Assembly (NCBI RefSeq): GCF_021028975.2
Contig: NC_059429.1
Location: forward strand, 91,884,001-91,948,000
Reading direction: 5' to 3'
Source of the DNA: Sphaerodactylus townsendi
Taxonomy: Eukaryota
DNA: 64,000 nt
The notes beneath the pieces are model-generated. The model was not told where the DNA came from, ran no database searches, and saw nothing but the letters and a program-made list of their open reading frames with translations. The first letter of the stretch is position 1, and every line of letters starts with the position of its first letter. Both the position numbers and the translations under genes were made by a program. This document shows positions 26,927 through 38,697 of the stretch, in pieces.

Positions 26927-28893
26927 CTGGAAAATAGAAAGTTACATCAGAGTTAAGTAGCGATGAAATATCTGCAATATATTTTTTATCCTCTAATATT
27001 AAGAAGAAACATTACCAGTGATTATTCAATACCCAGGCTGAGCTAAGGAACACAGTAGCTTCACTCTACATTGTATAACACTAGACACAAAACCTCATTT
27101 TGAGCCTTTCTGAGAACGGAAACAATAAATTCTATCAAAATCAAATCAATTCAAGGCCAAACTTTGCCTGGAATTGTTCTAGAATCCAAAATTGCCAGAA
27201 ATGGTATGCATTTTTAATACCAAAGCCCTAATCAGTGCCATTCATCAGGATGATGCTAAAGACAAATAACATCTGAAAACCAGTAGAAAATCTTACATGA
27301 AGGAGAACCTGCATCTTCATGACTGTAACTGAATTTAATAGTTTTTGAAAAACAATACTGGGGACAGTATTAAGATAAGCAGGAGGGAAAAAAGAGGAAT
27401 TTTTGAGGATGCAATGGAAGAGACCAAACAAAGACAAGCATGCATATCACCATATCCAAAGATGTGGGGTGGGACTACATATGGATGGAGCATTGCTTGC
27501 CATTCAACAAAAATCAGACTGCTTCAGCATAATAGTTTCTTTGCAGGAGTACTGAATATGCCTGCTTACTGGGTAGGATGCCTTCTGCCTAATCACATGC
27601 CCACTAGAATTAGCAACATATTTGTAAAGGATCACTTTTCCTTATATGAGCCCATGATGTGCTGGCTCTGATCAGCAACTGCTCCTGGCATTGCCCTCAT
27701 CACAGGTGGCTCCTTTAATTCATTCAAGAACCTTCTTTGTTACCACACTGAAGAAACAGGCTTCCAGAAAGGTGAGGAATGCTTCATCCTTCCTCTCAGC
27801 CTTTAGAAAAGCTTACAACTCAAGAGAGCAATTGGCTGAAGTTGAATTTTGATGGTGGTCACAGATCAATTCTTTCCACATTTCTCTTTCCATTCTTTTC
27901 CCCCATGGTGGACTGGGACAGAATGATTGGCTGCTTGTTATACAAACTTGATTTGAGGGTTTCTATATTCTGTTGGGAGGCTGGGTTATGATACAACAGA
28001 AATGGTTGTGTTGTTTGATGGGATTTGTATGGCCACAACCCTTTCAAGCAAAAGGATGCTTTGAAGAACTTTAGCTCAAGATGCTAGGCTACAAAGATAT
28101 TGCAACCACAGACTAATATGACTATTGATTCAGCATATACGACAATATGTTACTGACAGGCTTTACCTGGGGCAATCAAGCTCCTATTTTTGGTTTTAAA
28201 ATTTTACTGCAGAAGAACATTGCACCCTTTGCTCACATAGCAATTGCCCAACCACTGAAAATAGAAATGAAGTAAGCGTGTTCTCTGTTGATAACCAGTG
28301 GACTGAGATTTAGTTATGAAATCGAATAACAATTCACAGGCATTCTAGGCTCTGTGGCCTGTATTTTGGATCTCAGATTGTCCTCTTTTTAAGTAATCTA
28401 TGGAATATGCAAGAATCTCTACCACATCTGATGCATGCTCTCAGTGTGTTCCATTTCTTCTCCCTACCTTTTGTCCCTTCAGCTCTATCAGGTGCACACT
28501 ATCCACCCATCTCTTACTATCCCTTCAATGCTGCCACAATTGGCCTGATAGCAGTAAGTCTGACAGGATGTCAAGCTCGTGCAAATTAAGGAAATCAGGA
28601 CATGTTGACAGGTATGATTCAACAGCTGTGTACTAGCCGATGCTATCCTGTCTTTCGTCCAGTGTTCGACTCTACTTCAATTTAATTCTCACAATCCTGT
28701 GAGGTAGGCTAGACTTAGGGGAAGCAACTAGCTTAGGGTCACCTCACTGAAATTCATTTGCTCTAACTAAATGAAGATAAATCATTCATTCACAGCTGGG
28801 TGTGCGTGTGTGTGACCATATATCTCCCTTCCATCCAACTTCTCCTACACCGACTCGCTATGTTTAACAACGGGGTGCGTTAGAGGCGAGTAC

Positions 28894-29017
28894 CTGCCCG
28901 GTAGTGGGCCCCGTCCAGGTGCCGCTCCATGCAGGCGGGTGCGTTGGGCGGGATGCTCCACTCGGACCCGGCCTCGCCATCCACCGTCTGTCCGGTATGC
29001 GGCTTCGCGGAGTCCAT
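28894..29017 (-). CDS. WDR77: WDR77 (methylosome protein 50, PRMT5 cofactor) exon 1; full CDS 10 exons, 1,038 bp, 345 aa
   Basis: Strong Kozak GCCGCCATGG; EWSIPPNAPACMERHL matches the recalled WDR77 N-terminus; all ten exons join in frame. Confidence 0.95.
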
Positions 29018-29598
29018 GGCGGCGGAGCACAACTCTAACGGAGCCAGATCAAAATCGGAGCACACCCACGTGCTCCCACAACACCTTCCAACAAATCTCG
29101 GTACCCCTATCCTCGCGAGAATGTGTAACCGTTCACTCATCGCCGCCGCCTCCTCCTCCTCCTCCTCCTCCTCCTCCACTCCAACCATAGAGGACAGGAA
29201 GCTTTAGGGCAGAGCGGGCGGTCATTAGTCTCATGATAGGAACCCCTGAAGAATTTTTTTTCTGATCGTCACACATATCGCAACGGAAAAAAACAACTTC
29301 TCGTTTCTCAGTGAGACGCTTCATATTAAATTCACCGACATAGTTTGCCACTGGCTGAAGCGGTGTCAGGTAACCTTGGCGGAAGTAGTCATTCACCGTG
29401 TTATGTTCTCGCGTGGCTCTGTCAACACTCGCGGGATCGAAGTCTACTCCGCTCGTGACTGCTGCCTGGTGAAAGAAAGCTAATCTAACTGAACGGGAGG
29501 AGCATCTCGCGAGACTTACCTTGGGAAGGGGGCCATCTTGTTGCCTCAGAACCGGCGGGGGTCACAGGGACAGTGAGGGCAGCGGTGCTGGTGACGCG
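29018..29598. promoter_or_regulatory. Bidirectional CpG-rich promoter shared by WDR77 and ATP5PB
   Basis: 581 bp between divergent ATGs; TCTCGCGAGA at 29505-29514 plus variants at 29111, 29407 and 29427; ETS-type GGCGGAAGT at 29378-29386; YY1-type GCCATCTTG at 29532-29540. Confidence 0.9.
29141..29177. repeat. (CCG)3(CCT)n trinucleotide repeat
   Basis: CGCCGCCGCCTCCTCCTCCTCCTCCTCCTCCTCCTCC. Confidence 0.9.
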
Positions 29599-29629
29599 AT
29601 GCTGGCCCGGTTGGCTTTGGGCGGCTTGG
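29599..29629 (+). CDS. ATP5PB: ATP5PB (ATP synthase peripheral stalk subunit b) exon 1; full CDS 7 exons, 762 bp, 253 aa
   Basis: MLARLALGGL (mitochondrial presequence-like); donor G|GTAAGC; the seven exons join in frame. Confidence 0.88.
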
Positions 29630-29720
29630 GTAAGCGAGGGTCCTACGAGGTGGTGGGCGGCGGGCGAGCGGGTGCCGTCTTTCGGCTGCCCTGTGACAAG
29701 CTGTTTTTTGCTTCCTGTAG

Positions 29721-29763
29721 CCCCCGCCGCATTGAGGAGGTTGGCGCCCGCTCTCTCTGCTGG
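29721..29763 (+). CDS. ATP5PB: ATP5PB exon 2
   Basis: Acceptor CTTCCTGTAG; APAALRRLAPALSAG; donor GTGAGT; phases fit exons 1 and 3. Confidence 0.88.
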
Positions 29764-29859
29764 GTGAGTACAGGTGCCAATGGGACCGGGAGCGCTGGGC
29801 CTGTTGAGTTTGCTAGAACCTTAGGCTGGGGGTGGAGGAATTTAGTAATTGATGCACTT

Positions 29860-30025
29860 CGCATTCCTGCTGGGTGACCTTGGGCTAGTCACAGTTCTTC
29901 GGGCCTCTCTCAGCCCCAGCTACCTCACGAGGTGTTTGTTTTGGGGAGAGGAAGGGAAAGGAGCTTGTAAGTCACTTTGAGTCTCCTTACAGGAGAGAAA
30001 AGGGGGGATATAAATCCAAACTCTT
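29860..30025 (+). mobile_element. tRNA-derived squamate SINE (Squam3-like), 3' part
   Basis: GCTGGGTGACCTTGGGCTAGTCACAG...GAGTCTCCTTACAGGAGAGAAA...ATAAATCCAAACTCTT; reverse-complement homolog of 33925-34222. Confidence 0.7.
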
Positions 30026-30785
30026 ATAAATAATAAGATTATGCCAGCCAGGAAGTCTTTATGTAGTAAACCATGATTTAAATCACGTCTTATAGACTGT
30101 TTTGATTTAAATCAAATCCACTCTGACAAGATGAGCGTCGCTGTCAATTCTGTCCTGATACAACTGTAACACTTTCTCATATTCTGCTCCATTGTTCAAA
30201 GTACAACAACATCAGAACCAATTTGAGAACTGTGTTACCAACAGGATTTATGCTCCTCTCTGATAAAACAAAAATGGCTAAGCTTCTAAATAGCTCTAGT
30301 GTGGAAATATCTGAAGCTGTTGCTATGTTTTTGCTCGGTGTAGTTTCGGGGAAGCAGTGTAAGTAACCCTATTAAGCGCTGTTAAACCTCACCGATTTTC
30401 ATGGGAGGAACTAAAGCATGATCCTTTACCTGTCAGTAAGCTTGGTTGCTGACAATGGGGCTTGCTTCTGAGTAAACCCCCCCAGGGTCATGATTCACCT
30501 GTTGGAAGAGTTGCACGGTTGCTTCAAAGCAAAGTTACTGACTACCACCAAGCTTACTCCTGAGTGGCCTTGAAGCGCCACCGAATTAGCTGTTTTCTGA
30601 AAACTAAAACCTCAGGTTAAATTGCCGTGTTGGCACTTTGCGATAAATAAGTGGGTTTTGGGTTGCAATTTGGAAAAGGTTTGCCACCACTGGTTTTGGG
30701 AGGATAAACAACCAGGGAGTTGATTTACGCACCACAAATCCTGATTTCGCTCACTGTGTTATCAATAGAGATTCAGTCCACTTTG

Positions 30786-31091
30786 CTATACGCCGAAGTA
30801 GATATAATGCATAAAGCTTCCCTGTAATTGAATACAAACCTGTATTTGTTTATAATCACTAGATTTATTCTTGGAGCCTCTTTTGTAGATAGGAATGGCA
30901 GTGTATTTTTTCCAGACTACCAGCATTACTCCTGAAGAGTTTATCAGGGTGAATAAATGGGCAAGTAAGGGAATCCATCTATCTTTGAAAACCATTAACA
31001 GTTCAGTAGGTATATCAGTATCTCCTGTCACTTTGTTAATTTTTAGCTTAGTAATTATTTTTTTATATGAGATGTTGGAACTGGAGGCCAC
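30786..31091 (-). mobile_element. Decayed non-LTR retrotransposon reverse transcriptase fragment
   Basis: GDTDIPTELL...LAHLFTLINSSG...WK...IPIYKRG....SDYKQI resembles the non-LTR RT motif GPDGIP.E...WK...IPI.KKG....NYRPI. Confidence 0.65.
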
Positions 31092-31440
31092 TCTGGTAAC
31101 TTTACTGCAGTCATAGCAGATCTAACTTCTTGTATTTCAGTTGAAAATAAAGCAGTATTTCTTACTTTGTGATTTAAGATGTTGTACATCCCTCATGAAT
31201 AACCTCCCGAAAGAGATGTCTGTAATTTTGTTTGGTATTGTAGATAACTTATTCCATCTTGCTTTCATGTCTGTATTCTCATGGTTTTCTTTCAGTTTCT
31301 GTGTAATCATATAATTATGTTAATCTTATAATATTCTTTAACCAGAGATTTTTCTCAGCTCTATTGATTTGTATTGGACATTCAATTAAACTTCTTGTAT
31401 AAGGGATTAATATCACATCACTCTGTCTTTGTTACTGCAG

Positions 31441-31586
31441 AGTTGTTCATATATCAAGACCACTTCACACTAGTCAGCAGCACTTGGCACCTGTGCCACC
31501 TCTGCCTGAGACAGGAGGTAAAGTCCGCCATGGGATAATCCCTGAAGAGTTTTTCCCGTTCCTGTACCCTAAAACAGGAGTCACAG
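31441..31586 (+). CDS. ATP5PB: ATP5PB exon 3
   Basis: LHTSQQHLAPVPPLPETGGKVRHGIIPEEFFPFLYPKTGVT; 146 bp. Confidence 0.96.
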
Positions 31587-31676
31587 GTTAGTATTCCTAC
31601 CACCAAGTATTCTTACATTATGGAGGAAAGCCAGTTTGTAGCAAATGTACGCTTGTTCCCAGGATTAGGTCTAAAG

Positions 31677-31824
31677 CAGGGGTAGGGAACCTGCGGCTCT
31701 CCAGATGTTCAGGAACTACAATTCCCATCAGCCCCTACCAGCATGGCCAATTGGCCATACTGACAGAGGCTGGTGGGAATTGTAGTTCCTGAACATCTGG
31801 AGAGCCGCAGGTTCCCTACCCCTG
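31677..31824. mobile_element. 148-bp palindromic hAT MITE in ATP5PB intron 3
   Basis: Same element as 5092-5239 in the opposite orientation; perfect TSD GTCTAAAG. Confidence 0.9.
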
Positions 31825-32378
31825 GTCTAAAGCATCACCTGTGGACTTAAGCTGGTAGAATGGGAATACCCTGCTCTTCTTGCTACAGCCTATTGAATCT
31901 CCTGAAAGTCTGAGTATCAGAGGTATGGGGGGCCGTTAGCAAAAAATTACATTTTTGTCCTTAGTTTACAGAAGTGCTGTGTTTTGGATTTCCCCTACAG
32001 TTTTATTGGTGGAGATTTAGCATGCTCTTCTGAACATATGGGATTAAATATTTACAGTTGATGAAGCCAGTGTAGAGGAGAAGGAGCTCTGAACAGTCAT
32101 TCATTGTTAATGACCAACACCTTTTTCAAAATACTGTTAGGGTCGAAAGCTCCTAGCACAATCTTAAGTAAAGGTACACCTGTGTAAGTCTATATAAGTC
32201 AATGGAGTTGGAAGAGTGTAGGCATTGCACTGTGCGCTGTCTTTCCTGACAACTCTATATGGATTTGGATGGTAGAAATTCTCAACATTCCTGTACAATA
32301 ACTTCCTTTTAAAAATTCTCTTTCTATCATGCAGAGTATCTTGCTTGTGTATGTAAGTGTTTATTTGCTTACTTATAG

Positions 32379-32542
32379 GCCCCTACGTGTTGGGAACTGG
32401 ACTCCTGTTGTATCTTCTGTCCAAGGAAATTTATGTAATTAATCATGAAACAATTGCTGCGATCAGTATTGTGGGAATCCTCATCTATGGAATTAAGAAG
32501 TTTGGTGGTGATGTAGCAGCTTTTGCTGACAAGCTCAATAAT
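32379..32542 (+). CDS. ATP5PB: ATP5PB exon 4
   Basis: GPYVLGTGLLLYLLSKEIYVINHET...FADKLNN; 164 bp. Confidence 0.96.
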
Positions 32543-33924
32543 GTGAGAAAACAAGTTTTTTGTATTGCCAAGGGCTAAAAGTGTATTCTGCAATATGTTT
32601 CTGCTGGTATTTCTGCAAGAATATTATAGCCTGCATGATGCATAATACATCAGAATTATGTAATCAGCCAAAATATGTCTTCTTTTTTGTGTTTGTAAGT
32701 GGTTTGAACTGAACATGCACATCTCTAATCTTAATTCATTCCCCCTCCCATGCACTTAATTAGGCTTATATTAGTACAATAATACTTTTTCAGTGCTATT
32801 TAATACTAACATTTTAGTTTAAACTTTGATTTCTAAGTTATTATGATGCATTCACAGAATATCCAGAGTGAAGTGAGTTTTATTGTACATTACAGTAATA
32901 AGAATTTTTAAATCATCAAAACTATTGAGCCTTCAGGATTTTGAATATTTTAGCACCACACCACTCCCCACCCCAGTTCAGTTTGTTTTTCATGCTGTAC
33001 TAGAAGTGCTGTTCTGATACAGGGTGTATGTCACATAACACATTGTAACTATTATTGGTTCTGTTTATTTTTCACTGGGACTGAAGGCAGATTACAAGTA
33101 TGGTTGACTGCGTAGTTCTATTAATATGCTGGTTGCTAAGTTTCCTAGTAGAATATAATAATGCAGTGGAGCTAGAATTAAAAACTGTAAGAAAGGTTAC
33201 ACATTATCCCTAATAAAGGTCCCTTCTTGAGTTGATTCATTATAAAATAGTTTTAATTCTTCTACAGGAATGTTGTATGGAAAAATTTTGTTTTGCACAT
33301 ATAACAATAGAAGTGTTGAGGCCTTCTAATAGCCACTGGGAGACTGTCCCATAATATGGCAATTGCTAATTTTATCTGTTTGCATGGTGGCTCCTTCACA
33401 GTGCTTTGTTGTGATGAGCAGAGCTGTGACAGCGGCATGTAGCAAAAGAGGTGGTCCTCCAGGTATGTGGACCCAATGGCATTAAGGGATTTGTAGTTAT
33501 AGTTAGAACCTTGAATTGATCAGTAACCAATGGAGGATTGCAGTAGAGTTCCCCAGTGAGGGGTTTGTGGGCACCATAGTAAAAATGGTGCCCTTTGATA
33601 CCTTTCCGGGTACCTGCCAATTGGTTTCAGAAAGTAGCCAGAGCCAGGTGAGGCTTTTGCCCAGAACGGTTCCTGATTGGCCATAAGAGATTGGTTATGC
33701 AGATTTTTTAAACATTGCTTTGATGGCAGCTGCTGCCATAACACAAAAATGTTCACTGTATGACCAAAGGTAAATGGGGCAGCCAGTTTATGACTGCCTC
33801 CTGAGAGGGCCATTTTGTGGCTGCTCCCACCACTCTTTGTCAGAATTTTGAAGGTGCCATAGACTCAAAAAGGTTGGGGAGCCCTAGTCTACATAATAGG
33901 AGTAATATGAAGATTCTGCTTAGA

Positions 33925-34222
33925 AGAGAAGAAGAGTTTGGATGTATATCTCCCTTTCTCTCCTGTAGGAGACTCAAAGGGGCTTACAATCTCCATTCCC
34001 TTCCCCCCTCACAACAAACACCCTTTGAGGTAGGTGGGGCTGAGAGAGCTCCGAAAAGCTGTGACTAACCCAAGGTCACCCAGCTGGCATGTGTGGGAGT
34101 ACCCAGGCTAATCTGAATTCCCCAGATAAGCCTCCACAACTCAAAGCGGCAGAGCTGGGAATCAAACCCGGTTCCTCCAGATCAGAGTGCACTTGCTCTT
34201 AGCCACTACGCTACTGCTGCTC
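33925..34222 (-). mobile_element. Full-length tRNA-derived squamate SINE (Squam3-like)
   Basis: Minus strand reads GCAGTAGCGTAGTGGCTAAG (A box) and GGGTTTGATTCCC (B box), then a body and a TTCTTC tail. Confidence 0.8.
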
Positions 34223-34699
34223 TCTCTTAGGTGCCTGATAGTAGCCAGGTTGCAATGTTTTATACCAGCTGGAGTTGCCAAGAGTTGTTTTTAATTTAAC
34301 TATGAGAAATCAAAATGAAAAAGATATTTAGAGGTTGTAGTCCAATATACTATTTCTCTATACAGGTGAGAAAAGAGAAAACTAGGTTGGGTGTTTGAAT
34401 CTGTTCCTCTACTGGTGCTACTTCCCTCCAGCCCAAGAGACCCTTTGGCTGATGAAGGTCCAGGTTTCTTATATCAGAGAAAAGCATCACTGTTAGCAGA
34501 ATGGATCCATAGGATGTACCCATCTGGTGTCGGGTTGCTTGTGCTCACTTTGCATACTGCTAAAAAAATTCAAATCAAATAGCAGTTCTGTGACTTCTAA
34601 TGTTTCCTGTATTAAGGTATAAAGATGTGTGGAAGTTAATCTGTAAGTGCAGAGTTGGAACTTTTTCAGATTATGCTGGTATACACTTTCTGTTTCTAG

Positions 34700-34825
34700 G
34701 AAAAAGTTGCTTCTTTAACAGCTATAAAAGATAGTATGATCAGCAGCTTGGAGACGGCAATTGCGGATGAGAAGAAAGAGCAATGGAGGGTTGAGGGTCG
34801 CCACTATCTCTTTGATGCTAAGCGG
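34700..34825 (+). CDS. ATP5PB: ATP5PB exon 5
   Basis: EKVASL...EKKEQWRVEGRHYLFDAKR; 126 bp. Confidence 0.96.
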
Positions 34826-36015
34826 GTACAGTATCACAAATATATAAGCATTGTCTGTAATTGTACAATCATTATGGAAAGTAATTTTGAAAGATCCTCT
34901 GGGCCTCATCCAATCCTTTTTTTTGAACAAAAGGTTCTATTGTGTTGCCTATTCTTTAAACCCCGTGTGGCTCTAATTCCTAAATTTGTCCTTGTGTGAC
35001 TTTGACCCTGTGATAACACAATACCGGAAACTCTTGGGAAAATCATTCTAAAATTTTGTTGGGACAAAATTATCTTGAAGTGCTTTAAAAATATCTCTCT
35101 TCATACTGCCTTCTAAATATAAAAAAAGATTGTGTTGTGTCAAAATGTCAGCAAAAATTTTGAAATACAAGATTTTCTGATGTTAATGGTAGGACATCAT
35201 AACTATGAAATTAATGGTAATAAAAGTGGGTGATATGAGCTATTGGGAGAATACTGAAATTCTAACTTTTTGTGATTTCCTATGAGGATGTAGTGGAAAA
35301 AATGGGTAATAAAATTCCTGTCTCTTCTCTGTCTTCTCTCAATTTGTTTTTTTTCAGCTTTGGTTTCTTTTATTCTGTGTTAGGAGAGTTTCCAGTTTTC
35401 AAGAAAATATAATGTTGGAAGTACTGGTTATGGATATTTAGAAAAATCTTTTGGGATTACTAATAGTGAAGAAACAGCTATCATAGGATAGCTGTTAAAT
35501 CACAGGACCCTTTATTTTTGGGATTGGAACTCCTGTGTTCCTACTGAAGCTGGTCTCCAGTTTTAAGACTCCTAGCTTTATTTTCAGATGAGTTATGTCT
35601 TCCACAAAAGGACAGGTGGACACACGTGTGGATCCCTTTATTACAAATTAATGGTAACAACAAACCAAGGGTATATCTCTCTCATTAGCTTAGATCACAG
35701 TGGGAGCAATTTTGATGGCATTGTAGAAGCAACTGATATGGAACATTATGGGTTAACACTTAAAAAAAGTATTGTGTACTACAGGACAAAGAGACATACA
35801 CAGTATGAGATAGCTATATCTGAATTTACCAGTAATGTTTAGTATTAATGTGTTGCCAAGTTGAATTTTAGTAGACTAATTTTCATTTATGCTGTTTGTT
35901 GATAATAGGTGTTTGATGATATGTAAGGGGGAGGAATATTCTGTTTATGTATAGCATTGTTGTGAAACAAACATTGGAAGCACTGCCATGGAATATTATT
36001 TATTTGCTCATCTAG

Positions 36016-36195
36016 AACAATATTGCTATGCTGCTGGAGACCAACTATAGGGAAAGGCTACTCAGTGTATTTACTGAAGTAAAGAAACGGCTAGACTATC
36101 AAGTTGCTATGCAGCATTTTGTGCGGCAGAAGGAGCAAGATCACATGATCAAGTGGGTGGAGCAAAATGTTAGGAAGAGTATAACAGCTCAACAG
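36016..36195 (+). CDS. ATP5PB: ATP5PB exon 6
   Basis: NNIAMLLETNYRERL...EQDHMIKWVEQNVRKSITAQQ; 180 bp. Confidence 0.96.
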
Positions 36196-37792
36196 GTAAT
36201 TACAAAATGTTTGTTATCATATATGTCTACTTGTGATTGATGCTTTATCCATATGAATGTTACTTTACCTCAAGAGTAGAAGCAGATTGCACTTGGCCTA
36301 GTCAAGAGAGGCGATGTTATTTATACTATTAAGGCTAATGTTTGGGGAGTTGCATACACATTCTTTAAAGTTTTGCTGTGAAGGAGATGACTAATATTGA
36401 CTCAGATACATCAGAAGCTGATGTTCACATTTCCGCATCTATTCATAGCCTCAGACAGGAAACTGGAGCTACAAAAGCTACAAAATTCTGAGCTGACCAG
36501 ATTACCACAAAATAGAAAAGGATTTTATAGTAGCTATAAATGACAGTTATCCCGTCCTCATTGCAACTTTACCCCTTGCTGTTTGGATATATTGTGGGTT
36601 GGCATAAGAAATTAAATGGAAATTTTGGGGAAATTTTGCGAAAGCCACAGACGACACACAAAGACTAGCAGCCGACACAGAAAAAGTTTAGAAACTCAGA
36701 AATACATAAAATGTATGTACAGTATTGTATCATATCAACATATTTTATCTTTTCGTGCTATAAATATGCACAATTTCTTTTCAAAAGCCAAGATAAATGA
36801 ATAAGAAAAATTGAGATTTATTCTCTGGTACAAAGGGAGGACAAAAAATGTTACATGAATTTCCGGATCACGAGGGCCACCACACCCCTAACCCCAGCAA
36901 TGTGGGAAGGATAGCTGTACAGAATTTGAGCACTAATTACACTATATGTGGACAAATGAAATTTAAGTATTACTGTAAAATACAGTGGTTTTTGGATAAC
37001 ATTGTTTAAAGCTTAACAAAAGAAGACCACGGTGAAACGCACCTTCAATCCTTAGTTCATTTCATTGGAATTAGGTGTGCCCAACAGATTTAGATTTTAG
37101 GCCAGTTGCATACAACTTTACAGAATATATCGATCTGGTTGCAGGCCAGTATTTTTATGTATTTTGGCTTTCTCAGATCACAACATATGGGAAAGCCACA
37201 AATCTTTTACAGAACAGAGGTGCCAAGTTGCTTTTTTCACTTACTGGGGAGATAGTAAATGAGTCCACAGAAGGACTTCAGCTGACTGGGTTTAAACCTG
37301 CCTCTGGTCATTCCTCTGCTACCTGCTCAGTATGGTTGAACAGCTTCAAGGTTTACCCCTTCTGAGCTGCGGGTATCACACTCCTTCTAGTTCCCTGATT
37401 CTAAAAGGGAAGATTTGGATGCACGGCCAGACCTTGCCCAGGGTTGCTTTTAGAGGACTGGGCTAATTAGTTTCCCTTTGTCTTCATGATACTTGAAAAT
37501 TGCTTTGTCATTTTAATATAATTGTTGGGTATCTTAAGTAGGTGCTCCTACCTTAAGTAGGTGCTCCTGGATTTGCCTTGCCAAATAAATTTTGATTCCT
37601 TGTTTGGCAATTTCATTCTTTTAGAATTGTTCATGTACAACTTCAAAACAGTGTAGCTTCAGACTAGTTTGCCTTGATTTTTTTACTAGTTTCCTGGTCT
37701 AATCTTATGCTATACATTTTTCTACTGAAAGCCTCATCTCTTCTCCTCCTTCCCCTTATGTCTCAAAGTGTTCATTTGCTTCTTTGTTGCAG

Positions 37793-37864
37793 GAGAAAGA
37801 GAGCATTGCCAAGTGCATCTCGGATCTGAAGGTGTTGTCAAAGTCTGCACAGGCAGCTGTCTAA
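37793..37864 (+). CDS. ATP5PB: ATP5PB exon 7 (terminal coding exon)
   Basis: EKESIAKCISDLKVLSKSAQAAV*; TAA at 37862-37864. Confidence 0.95.
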   Translation, partial: EKESIAKCISDLKVLSKSAQAAV

Positions 37865-37908
37865 ATGCAGCATTTACTTCCAACCTGTTAAACTGTATGA
37901 TATTCTTA

Positions 37909-37914
37909 ATTAAA
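37909..37914 (+). terminator. Candidate ATP5PB poly(A) signal ATTAAA (alternative AATAAA at 38065-38070)
   Basis: Hexamer ~45 bp after the stop, followed by GT-rich sequence (TTGTTGTGCTCTCAGTCTTGTTG). Confidence 0.55.
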
Positions 37915-38556
37915 ACATCTGTACCATTGTTGTGCTCTCAGTCTTGTTGCTATACAAAAAGTTGCATTCCTCCCAATTGTTCATCCCACGGCAGTTTAAT
38001 TTTGGTTTAGGAGTACTCAGCAAAGTATCTGAGCCATGAGCGAGTGATGCCAAGAGGTGATATTAATAAAATTGTTTTTAACCTCCTGACCCTCCTCTGC
38101 TTCTTGCAATATGGAGTTTGGCACACCTTACGATGTTGCCAAAGTGATGGCTAATGAAGGACAGATTAGCCTCAAAAAAGTTTTTGCTGTTTTCTCACCC
38201 CAAATTGTATTTAGTATCACTCTAACAGAGTCTAATCAATGGCTACAAGCATAAGCTGTATTTTTTTCCCTCAAATGGGGCCCGCTCGTGCTTGGATTCT
38301 TCTGACACCAACAGTCATCCTCCATTTGTGCCTGGCATGAATCCTTCCCTAACTTTGGGAAGTTGACTGCTCTTTTCCCAAGCTGGAACTTGAGGAGCTA
38401 CATAAGGGTTTTTCTGGCACTTGGAAACTCATCTCTCACTTTTGGATAGGAAGGTGCTAATCAGAATAAAAGACATGCTTGTAGATCCAGAGGTGAAACG
38501 ACCTTGTGATTAAAGTCTTGCTGTTATACAATGCAGTAGGGTATCCAGCAAACTTG

Positions 38557-38697
38557 GGCCCCTTCCGCACATGCAAAATAATGTGTTTTCAAACCACTTT
38601 CACAATTGTTTGCAAGAGGATTTTGCCATTCTGCACAGCTTCAAAGAGCACTGAAAGCAGTTTGAAAGTGCATTATTCTGTATGTGCGGAATGAGCC
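38557..38697. mobile_element. ~140-bp Harbinger-type MITE
   Basis: GGCCCCTTCCGCACATG...TATGTGCGGAATGAGCC; perfect 3-bp TSD TTG. Confidence 0.82.
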
